From positions 423 through 64,422 of the forward strand of contig CAYHCG010000008.1 of NCBI GenBank assembly GCA_964355135.1: a stretch of DNA of 64,000 bases. Reading direction: 5' to 3'. Shown in pieces: positions 56,051 to 64,000 of this stretch. Both the position numbers and the translations under genes were made by a program. The DNA is from Candidatus Woesearchaeota archaeon. GTDB taxonomy: Archaea > Nanobdellota > Nanobdellia > Pacearchaeales > GW2011-AR1. A model generated the notes under the pieces. The model worked only from the letters and a program-made list of their open reading frames with translations, did not search any database and had not been told where the DNA came from. Numbering within the stretch: the first letter of the stretch is position 1; each line of letters opens with the position of its first letter.

Positions 56051-56311
56051 TTACATTAAGTCTTCTTCAGAGACAACTACAAAATCGCCAATAGCTATTA
56101 TTGAATTGTAAGGAACTAGAGCTTCCCCTTTATTTGAGGATTCTAAGGAGAGGTTTTTTGTATATGGAGTTGAATCTTTAAGAACTAACTGGATTAATTC
56201 TCCTGTTCTTGTTTCAAAAGTAATGTCTTTGACGAAACCTAATCTCTTGCCTTCCTTGGTAACCACGAGCTTTCCCATGACATCTCTTAGAGGCTTTTTT
56301 TCTAGTACCAT
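56051..56311 (-). CDS. PRC-barrel protein (CdpB-like)
   Basis: GK.VVT.EG..LG.V.DI......G......VPY..I.AIGD.VVV. Confidence 0.88.
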   Translation of the reverse strand: MVLEKKPLRDVMGKLVVTKEGKRLGFVKDITFETRTGELIQLVLKDSTPYTKNLSLESSNKGEALVPYNSIIAIGDFVVVSEEDLM

Positions 56312-56413
56312 CAGTTCTGTAAATATGTATGATATTTAAACTTTTCTTTGGTGGAGTTGTGTATTGAGGAGGAAAAGAACTTTAAATTGAAGAATTATTC
56401 AACTTTCTTCTTA

Positions 56414-56786
56414 CCCCCGCCCCCCATGGTTTCGTGTGGAGATAGGATATTATTATAGTGAGACTGAGATATTTTTCTTCTTCTAATTTTCATTTATAAA
56501 TATTTATATTATATAATATAGATATAATAACTATTTTGTTGATATTGATAGATTAGTTCTTTTAATATGAGATATAGATAGTTGTAACGATATAATTGAT
56601 TGTTATGATTAATTCATATTAATAGACCATATTATTGATTAAGAGAAGTATTTTAACAGAGTAGTACGGTTAATTAAATTAAAGTGAATGATTTGATAGT
56701 TATACTTTCATATAATAGTTCTGTCTAATTATAATTTATTTTTATGTAGTAGATATCTATTTCTCCAGTGGAAATGCTGGTGTGGG
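56414..56786. other. Probable replication origin oriC (inverted ORBs + AT-rich DUE)
   Basis: Minus strand TCTCCACACGAAACCATGGGGGG (56420-56442); plus strand TCTCCAGTGGAAATGCTGGTGTGGG (56762-56786); about 320 bp of very AT-rich DNA between them; next to cdc6. Confidence 0.85.
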
Positions 56787-56916
56787 TGCGTGATTTGATT
56801 TTTTCTTTTTATGATCATTTTTCGTCGATCTTTCCCCATTAACACAAGAAATAAGGGTTAAAGAATAGATAAGTTTAAATTGGAGGGATAGTAAATATAT
56901 TTGAGGTGAAAAAGAG

Positions 56917-58128
56917 ATGGATAAACTTGATCAGATTTTCGATTCTTTTGCAGCAACCAGCTTATTCAAGAATAAAAGTGTGCTGCAGTCAAATTATGCC
57001 CCCGATAGTATTTTACACAGAACTGAACAAATAGAGTCAATCGCTTCTATTTTGGGTCCAACTCTGCGGGGAGACAAGGCCAGTAATCTATTTCTTTATG
57101 GGAAAACCGGCAGCGGCAAGACCTTAAGCATGCAACATGTAGGAAATAAATTAGAAAGCAGAACAAAAGAGCTCAATGGCAATAAAATCAAGTTTTTATA
57201 TATAAATTGTAAATTAAGGAAAGTTTCTGATACAGAATATAGAATCATCGCAGAATTAATAAAAGCCCTGGGGGAAAAAATACCTGCTACAGGACTTCCT
57301 ACCGATGCAGTTTATTCAAAATTTGTTGAAATTATAGATAATGAAAAACAAGTTGTTGTCCTAGTACTAGACGAAATAGATCAGGCCGTTAAGAAAATAT
57401 CTGATAATTTTATTTACACATTAACAAGGATGAATTCAGAACTAAAAAATGCTCAAATAAGTCTAGTTGGGATAAGTAATAGTTTGACATTCATGGATAA
57501 CTTGGATCCTCGAGTCAGAAGCTCTCTAGGAGAAGAGGAAATTGTTTTTCCACCTTATAATGCATTGCAATTAAGAGATATATTAAAGAAAAGGGCAGAA
57601 TCCGCATTCAATGAGGACTGTCTGGGAGAGGGAGTTATTGAAAAATGTGCGGCTTATGCTGCAAGAGAGCATGGGGATGCAAGAAGAGCTTTAGATTTAC
57701 TAAGGGTTGCGGGGGAGATAGCGGTTAGAGAAGGAAGCAAGAAAGTGTTACTTAAGCATATTGATGTTTCAAATGAGAAAATCGAAAGAGATAAAATGCT
57801 CGATGTTATTGAAAGCGAACCTGCACAGTTCCAACTTGTTTTATACGCAATAATGAATTTAAGTGATGAAGGCAAGGGCATTAAAAATATATTTACTGGA
57901 GATGTTTTCAATGTTTATCAGGAACTTTGCGAGAAAACCAAGAGCGAAGTTTTAACCCAGCGGAGAGTCTCGGATATTATCGCAGAGTTTGACATGTTAG
58001 GAATAATAAATGCAAGGGTGATAAGCAAGGGGAGACAGGGAAGGACCAGAGAAATAAAATTGATGCTATCTAAAAACATAAAAGAGAAAGCAAAAGAGAT
58101 CTTAGAGAAAGCTTTAGATATAAAATGA
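56917..58128 (+). CDS. cdc6: Orc1/Cdc6 replication initiator
   Basis: GKTGSGKT, LDEID, LDPRVRSSL, FPPY, GDARRALDLLR, C-terminal wHTH. Confidence 0.97.
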   Translation: MDKLDQIFDSFAATSLFKNKSVLQSNYAPDSILHRTEQIESIASILGPTLRGDKASNLFLYGKTGSGKTLSMQHVGNKLESRTKELNGNKIKFLYINCKLRKVSDTEYRIIAELIKALGEKIPATGLPTDAVYSKFVEIIDNEKQVVVLVLDEIDQAVKKISDNFIYTLTRMNSELKNAQISLVGISNSLTFMDNLDPRVRSSLGEEEIVFPPYNALQLRDILKKRAESAFNEDCLGEGVIEKCAAYAAREHGDARRALDLLRVAGEIAVREGSKKVLLKHIDVSNEKIERDKMLDVIESEPAQFQLVLYAIMNLSDEGKGIKNIFTGDVFNVYQELCEKTKSEVLTQRRVSDIIAEFDMLGIINARVISKGRQGRTREIKLMLSKNIKEKAKEILEKALDIK

Positions 58129-58131
58129 AAA

Positions 58132-59676
58132 ATGGACAACGAAATTTTGAATCTGATAAGAGAAAGAGGATTATTACTAGAGAAGGAAATATTCGATTTA
58201 GTTAATCAGATTAAGGATGTAACTATCGCTAAGAACTTCTTAGAACAAATTGAGAGATTATCTGGAAAAAAACTCATAACTCGGAACGTTCTTGGAAGCA
58301 ACATGGAATATGTGAAAAGCTTTATGGGTACTTTAGGAGACAATAGCTATGTTGAGAGAGTTTTTGTGAATCTTGGTATAAGTCTTGAAGTAAGAAGAGA
58401 AGTACTCAAGGAAGAAAACAGAAAGCAGGAATATAAGATCCTGTATGCGAATACGACGGTTGACAAAAAGATTGAAGTAAAAGACTTTGTGGGTCATTTT
58501 AGGTCGCGCTTTGCGCAATTACAAAGAATTCTTATGTCACGGCCGGAACTTCAAAATAATTTGATTTCTATAAACAAAATACAATCCGAAAGAGCTAATT
58601 TAAGCATTATAGGAATTGTGAAAGAAAAAAGAATAACAAAAAATAAAAACATGATCTTGAGGCTTGAGGATTTAACTGGAGAGATAGGGGCCTTAGTTAA
58701 ATTTGATAGGGGAGAAGTATTTGAGAAAGCTGACGAATTATTATTAGACGATGTAATAGGGGTCAAGGCATCTGGAAATAAAGATCTCTTGTTTGTGCAG
58801 GATATATTTTATCCTGATTCAATGATATTTGAGAAAACTAGGTTTGAAAATGAAGATTGCATAGCCTTTCTTTCTGATTTACATTGTGGCAGCGATAGAC
58901 ACTTAAAAAAGAGCCTAGCGAGATTTTTGGAGTGGATTAATTCAGATGACGAAACTGCAAAGAAAATAAAATATATCTTTTTTGTAGGAGATAATGTAGA
59001 TGGGGTGGGAATTTTTCCAGGGCAGGAAGAAGTTTTAGAAATGAAAAGCATGAAACAACAGTATCAACTATTAAGCCATTATTTAAGACAAATTCCCAAG
59101 CATATTACCATGTTTATGTGTCCGGGACAGCACGATGCGGTAAGAGTTGCTGAACCTCAACCTGTTATAAGTAGAAGATATGCTCCTGAATTATACGAAA
59201 TTGAAAATTTAAATTTAGTGAGTAACCCTAGTCTTGTGAAGTTAATAGAAGGAGACAAAGAGTTTAAGGTACTAATGTATCATGGAGCAAGCATTCACAG
59301 TTTTATTAATGAAATTAAGACGTTAAGACTTATGAAAGCACACAGATGTCCTGCAAAAGCGGTTGAACAAATGCTCAAAAGAAGACATTTGGCTCCAACA
59401 CATAGCGAAGTGGTCTATATTCCAAATGCAGAGATCGATCCTTTAGTTATTAACGAAGTTCCAGATATTTTATGCACTGGTGAAGTTCACAGATTGGACA
59501 TTTCTACTTACAACGGCATCTTAATTATGACTGGCAGTTGCTGGCAGGCACAAACTCCTTTTGAAGAGAAGGTTGGGAATATTCCCGATCCTGCAAAAGT
59601 ACCTGTTTTTAATATGAAAACAAGGGAGCTAAAGATTTTTGATTTTAGCGCCACGGAGGAACTGAAAAAAAGATGA
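58132..59676 (+). CDS. polB: DNA polymerase D small (proofreading) subunit DP1
   Basis: OB fold (LEDLTG), SDLH.GS, GD.VDG.GI, RRHLAP, CWQ.QT. Confidence 0.95.
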   Translation: MDNEILNLIRERGLLLEKEIFDLVNQIKDVTIAKNFLEQIERLSGKKLITRNVLGSNMEYVKSFMGTLGDNSYVERVFVNLGISLEVRREVLKEENRKQEYKILYANTTVDKKIEVKDFVGHFRSRFAQLQRILMSRPELQNNLISINKIQSERANLSIIGIVKEKRITKNKNMILRLEDLTGEIGALVKFDRGEVFEKADELLLDDVIGVKASGNKDLLFVQDIFYPDSMIFEKTRFENEDCIAFLSDLHCGSDRHLKKSLARFLEWINSDDETAKKIKYIFFVGDNVDGVGIFPGQEEVLEMKSMKQQYQLLSHYLRQIPKHITMFMCPGQHDAVRVAEPQPVISRRYAPELYEIENLNLVSNPSLVKLIEGDKEFKVLMYHGASIHSFINEIKTLRLMKAHRCPAKAVEQMLKRRHLAPTHSEVVYIPNAEIDPLVINEVPDILCTGEVHRLDISTYNGILIMTGSCWQAQTPFEEKVGNIPDPAKVPVFNMKTRELKIFDFSATEELKKR

Positions 59677-62600
59677 ACATACAAGCTTATTTCAATGAAA
59701 TTGATGAAAAAGTAAAGCATGCTTACGCTATTGCAAATAAAGCGAGAGCTTTGGGACTCGATCCTGCAGATACCGTAGAAACCCCTATTGCAACAACCCT
59801 AGCTGAAAAGACTATAGGATTAATCTCTGTCGTTTATCCACAATTAAATAACAAAGAAGTTATAGAGAGAATTTTAGAGCTGGAAAAAGAATACGGACAA
59901 CTTGATACTACAGTTGCATTTAAGATTGCAGAGGAAGTCGCAAAAGAGAAATTCTGCAAATTTAAGGACTTAATGGAATCTATGGATGCGGGAATAAGGG
60001 TAGGTTTTGCCTATATTACTTTGGGTGTTGTTTCAAGTCCTATTGAAGGATTTACGGGACTTAGGGTGGGGAAGACTAGAGAAGGTAAAGATTACTTGAT
60101 GGCTTATTTTTCAGGCCCCATAAGAAGCGCTGGAACTACTGCTTCGTGTGTAGTGTTAATGCTGATTGATTATTTACGAGAGACTTTTGGATTTGCAAAA
60201 TTTGATCCAGACGAGAATGAAGTTAAAAGATATGTTACTGAAAATTATGATTATCATGAAAGAGTAAACAATTTGCAATATTTACCCACTGAAGAAGAAA
60301 TTGCATTCCTAGCAAAGAATTTGCCTATCCAGATTAATGGAGAGGCGAGTGAAGATCGAGAAGTTTCCAATTATAAAGATCTGGCAAGGGTAGAAACTAA
60401 TTTTATTCGCGGAGGGATGTGCCTTATTTTTTCAGAAGGATTAGCTCAAAAGGCGCAGAAAGGACTTAGACTTTTGAAGGGAGTAAAAGAGAAAGGATTA
60501 AAATCTAGCGGATGGGACTTTCTGGATGAGTATATTGTATTGCACAAGAAGAGAGAAAAAGGAAGCGCGGATACAAGTCCCACATACATAAAAGATATTG
60601 TTGCAGGCAGACCTGTTTTTGGACATCCTTCAAGATCGGGAGGATTCAGGTTTAGATATGGGAGAAGCAGAACGGGCGGATTTTCTGCAACTGCTATAAG
60701 CCCTTTAACTATGGGCATATCGAATCAATTCTTATCTTCTGGAAATCAATTAAAAATAGAAAAACCTACGAAGGGATGCGCAATAACAGTATGTGATTCT
60801 ATAGATGGCCCGGTTGTAAAACTAAAAGACGGAACGGTAAAGAGAATGAAAACTTTTGAAGAGACAAAAAAGCTTTACAAAGATGTTGAAGAGATTTTAT
60901 ATTTGGGAGACTTGCTGTTTTCATTAGACGATGTAATTAATAGGAATTATGAGTTACTAAAATCAGGATATGTTGAAGAGTGGTGGGACTTGGAATTAAA
61001 GAAAGCGGCAGGAGAAGATAATCCGGACACAAAACTAGATAGTTTTAATGTGGTTTTTGAAAAGGCAGTAGAACTTAGTGAAAAATATAAAATACCTCTG
61101 CATCCTTCTTTTATTTATTATTGGACGCAAATAGATTATGATGGATTTTTGGCATTAATTGATTGGACCGCACATGGAGATCTCAGAGAAGGCAAGCTTG
61201 TCCTGCCTTATACTAAAGTTGATAGAGAACGATTTGCGAAAGGCAAGAGGACTATGGAATTAATTGCATGTGAGCATTTAGTTGGGATAGAGAATGTCAT
61301 TTTAGAAGAAAAAGATACAAAACCTTTTTTACTTAATCTAGGATTTGATGTTGAAAATCTAACTATGGAGAGTTTTGAGGCAAAATTAGATGAGCTTTCT
61401 TTAGTAGTGAAGGAGAAAGGAAACGTATTAGAAATTATAAATAAACTTTCCAAGTATAAAATTAAAGATAAGGCAGGAACATTCATTGGAACGAGGATGG
61501 GTCGACCAGAAAAAGCGAAACTGAGGAAGCTTACTGGCAGTCCGCATGTTTTATTTCCTGTAGGAAATGAAGGAGGAAGATTAAGGAGTTTTCAGGCAGC
61601 CTGCGATATAGGAAATGTGACTAGCGAATTTGCTAATTACTATTGTAATACTTGCAAGGGCGATAAGATTTATAGAAAATGTGAAACTTGCAGAGCAGAT
61701 TGCGAACTCAAAGAAGAAGAGCAAGGGTTTGGCAAAAGAGGGAAAAGAATAGATATTAAAGAGTATTTTGAAAGCGCAAAAAAACTCTTGGGAGTGAGGG
61801 GAGAAGAACTGCCTGTTGTGAAGGGAGTTAGGGGAATGTCAAATAAAGATCACAGCATAGAGCCCTTGGCGAAAGGGATATTGCGGGCAAAGCATAACTT
61901 GAATGTAAACAAGGACGGGACTATCAGATACGATATGACTGAAATGGCTTTCACTCATTTTAAGCCTGGAGAAATTGGAACGAGCCCAGAGAAATTAAGG
62001 GGGCTTGGATACGAAAAAGATATTGAAGGAAATCTACTCGAGCGTGATGACCAAATCTTAGAATTATTACCTCATGATATTATCTTGCCGTCATGTCCTG
62101 AGACTCTAGATGAAAGAGCAGATGACGTTTTTTTAAGAATATGTAAATTTATTGATGACGAACTAGAGAAATTGTATAAATTAGATAAGTTTTACAATGC
62201 CAATACGAAAGAAGATATCATAGGCCACTATGTTGTTTGTATTGCACCTCATATTTGCACTGCAACTGTGGGGAGAATCATAGGGTTTTCAAAGATACAG
62301 GCTTTACTAGCAAGTCCGTTCATGCATGCAGCGATGAGAAGAGACTGTGATGGTGATGAAGCTGCAGTAATGTTGCTTATGGACTTACTGCTCAACTTCT
62401 CGAAGAAATTTTTGCCAGCTCATAGGGGGGGAACTCAAGATGCGCCTCTAGTATTGAATACACATATTAGCGCGGGAGAAGTTGATGACCAAATCCTTGA
62501 CTTTATCATGGGAGCATACCCTTTAGAACTTTATGAACTAGCAGAGCAAGGCAAACATTCTTCCGAATTAAAAGTAGACAACGTAAAAAAGAGGTTGAAA

Positions 62601-63092
62601 GATGGAAAGGACACATTTACCGGGATAAAATTTACTCACGGTTGCTCTGATTTCAATGCGGGAGTTGTGAATTCTTCCTATAAGCTTTTGCCTACAATGC
62701 ATGAAAAAGTAAGCGCGCAGATGGATTTATGTAAAAAAATACGGGCAGTGGATGTCGAAGATGTTGCTCGATTGATCATTGAGAGACACTTCATAAGAGA
62801 TACTAGGGGTAATTTGAGAAAGTTTTCAATGCAGGTTTTTAGATGTGTGGGCTGTAATGAGAAATATAGGAGGCCTCCTTTGATTGGCAAGTGCGGCAAG
62901 TGCGGAGGGAGATTGATATTTACGATTTCAGAAGGAAGTATTCTCAAATATATGCAGCCGGCACTAGATTTAGCGAGAACTTACAATTCTAGCCCATATC
63001 TATTGGAATCACTAGAACTTACTGAAATGTATATTCATAGTATATTTGGCAAAGAGAAAGAGAAACAAGAAGGACTTGGGAAGTGGTTTTAA
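59673..63092 (+). CDS. polC: DNA polymerase D large subunit DP2
   Basis: GPIRSAG, GGFR.RYGRSR, RMGRPEK, KDGT.RYD, RRDCDGD, C-terminal Zn finger; no intein. Confidence 0.98.
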   Translation: MNIQAYFNEIDEKVKHAYAIANKARALGLDPADTVETPIATTLAEKTIGLISVVYPQLNNKEVIERILELEKEYGQLDTTVAFKIAEEVAKEKFCKFKDLMESMDAGIRVGFAYITLGVVSSPIEGFTGLRVGKTREGKDYLMAYFSGPIRSAGTTASCVVLMLIDYLRETFGFAKFDPDENEVKRYVTENYDYHERVNNLQYLPTEEEIAFLAKNLPIQINGEASEDREVSNYKDLARVETNFIRGGMCLIFSEGLAQKAQKGLRLLKGVKEKGLKSSGWDFLDEYIVLHKKREKGSADTSPTYIKDIVAGRPVFGHPSRSGGFRFRYGRSRTGGFSATAISPLTMGISNQFLSSGNQLKIEKPTKGCAITVCDSIDGPVVKLKDGTVKRMKTFEETKKLYKDVEEILYLGDLLFSLDDVINRNYELLKSGYVEEWWDLELKKAAGEDNPDTKLDSFNVVFEKAVELSEKYKIPLHPSFIYYWTQIDYDGFLALIDWTAHGDLREGKLVLPYTKVDRERFAKGKRTMELIACEHLVGIENVILEEKDTKPFLLNLGFDVENLTMESFEAKLDELSLVVKEKGNVLEIINKLSKYKIKDKAGTFIGTRMGRPEKAKLRKLTGSPHVLFPVGNEGGRLRSFQAACDIGNVTSEFANYYCNTCKGDKIYRKCETCRADCELKEEEQGFGKRGKRIDIKEYFESAKKLLGVRGEELPVVKGVRGMSNKDHSIEPLAKGILRAKHNLNVNKDGTIRYDMTEMAFTHFKPGEIGTSPEKLRGLGYEKDIEGNLLERDDQILELLPHDIILPSCPETLDERADDVFLRICKFIDDELEKLYKLDKFYNANTKEDIIGHYVVCIAPHICTATVGRIIGFSKIQALLASPFMHAAMRRDCDGDEAAVMLLMDLLLNFSKKFLPAHRGGTQDAPLVLNTHISAGEVDDQILDFIMGAYPLELYELAEQGKHSSELKVDNVKKRLKDGKDTFTGIKFTHGCSDFNAGVVNSSYKLLPTMHEKVSAQMDLCKKIRAVDVEDVARLIIERHFIRDTRGNLRKFSMQVFRCVGCNEKYRRPPLIGKCGKCGGRLIFTISEGSILKYMQPALDLARTYNSSPYLLESLELTEMYIHSIFGKEKEKQEGLGKWF

Positions 63093-63481
63093 GCAGCTAC
63101 AGAATATTCTTTTATTTTCCAGACATTAAATCTCATTTCTCTATTATTGCCTGCTCTTGCAACAAGATCTTCTCGATGCCTTCCTAAAACGCTTACATTA
63201 TACTTTCTTCCATCATCAAGAGTTATTTCTGCTCTCTCATAAACTCCTTCTTGTTCAGAAACTCTTGGAAAAGTTTGAAGAAGATGAGGCGCGTTTGCTA
63301 AATGAAGCTCTCCGGACTTGCTGTGATAGTAGAGAGGTTTAATTCTTATAGGTTTAAATTTAGATTTTTTATCTGGTTTGGCTGGACGAGATATCGGTAG
63401 AGCATATCTCACAGGATCATCATATCCTCCTGTCTGCTCCATCAATCTTGCTACCTTCATTATGTATTCGAGCGTTAGCAT
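63089..63481 (-). CDS. Hypothetical protein
   Basis: 130-aa ORF with an upstream TTTAAATA box. Confidence 0.55.
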   Translation of the reverse strand: MLTLEYIMKVARLMEQTGGYDDPVRYALPISRPAKPDKKSKFKPIRIKPLYYHSKSGELHLANAPHLLQTFPRVSEQEGVYERAEITLDDGRKYNVSVLGRHREDLVARAGNNREMRFNVWKIKEYSVAA

Positions 63482-63569
63482 TTTACTTTAAAGATGAAGT
63501 CTTATTTAAAGATTATGAGAATATTGTGTAAGGAAAGGTTTTTAACAGAGCGTTTTTTGAGTTAATTAA

Positions 63570-63642
63570 GCCTCTATAGCTCAGTGGTTAGAGCATTAGT
63601 TTTGTAAACTAAGGGTCGAGGGTTCAACTCCCTCTAGAGGCT
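63570..63642 (+). tRNA. tRNA-Thr(TGT)
   Basis: GCCTCTA..GCTC AGTGGTTA GAGC A TTAGT TTTGTAA ACTAA GGGTC GAGGG TTCAACT CCCTC TAGAGGC T. Confidence 0.95.
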
Positions 63643-63983
63643 TTTTGATCCCAAATTCCAAGAAGCCTTTCTCTCCAATATTCTTCTTTAGGAATCGGAG
63701 GATTTAACTGATATGTTCCTAAAAAGTTTGGCCTCCTTATAGAAAAATTTGTCAAGACTAGACCTTCTACCCCATCAACTCTAGTGAAAGTGAAATCGTC
63801 TCTGAGCATTATATTTCCTTGACCTATCACGCTCCTATATTCCTCGGAGTTATAAGCGATAACTACTCTCCCATTGTCCACTGCAGTATTAAAAAGAAAG
63901 GCATAATATTCATCTCTATTTTGTTGGGAATGAAATTCTTTGTGAGAATCACTTTTGCGCATAGTTCCTGGAATCCAGATCAA
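63624..63983 (-). CDS. Hypothetical protein whose 3' end overlaps tRNA-Thr(TGT)
   Basis: ORF stop lies inside the tRNA T arm; start uncertain near the window edge. Confidence 0.5.
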   Translation of the reverse strand: MIWIPGTMRKSDSHKEFHSQQNRDEYYAFLFNTAVDNGRVVIAYNSEEYRSVIGQGNIMLRDDFTFTRVDGVEGLVLTNFSIRRPNFLGTYQLNPPIPKEEYWRERLLGIWDQKASRGS

Positions 63984-64000
63984 ATTAATCTGTCTTGCTT

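Noticed and set aside
59673..63092. Inteins in DP2, Cdc6 or Lhr
   Set aside because: Lengths are normal and the usual insertion motifs are uninterrupted.

Overview
AT-rich archaeal chromosome segment. The gene content (PolD DP1/DP2, Orc1/Cdc6, aCPSF1, class I CCA enzyme, proteasome alpha/beta, SecY, Mre11/Rad50, OapABC, a type IV pilus machinery and many Cys-rich surface proteins) suggests a DPANN lineage, probably Pacearchaeota/Woesearchaeota-like (inference). The window contains a probable oriC (inverted ORB elements around an AT-rich DUE, 56414-56786) directly upstream of cdc6-DP1-DP2, three tRNAs (Phe-GAA, Thr-CGT, Thr-TGT) and a 262-nt SRP RNA. Four things stand out. (1) At 49.2-51.7 kb, two convergent coiled-coil/winged-helix genes each carry their own DNA repeat family inside the coding sequence. 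One has CTGTTT-RR-ACAG(C/G)TGTTT palindromes, also found at 41.7, 48.0 and 49.3-49.5 kb. The other has (TGTC)n arrays flanking an ORB-like box. This is a candidate origin-proximal partition or replication-control module. (2) At 43-48 kb, an array of small accessory genes and toxin-antitoxin pairs has a conserved TTAAACGAACT-type half-site at nearly every gene boundary and two complete 11-6-11 dif/loxP-like sites, suggesting a cassette array. (3) An AbrB + free-standing LAGLIDADG unit reads through an antisense tRNA-Phe. (4) The SRP RNA appears to lack helix 6 and the GNRA tetraloop. All product calls come from motif recognition by eye; no database searches were run.
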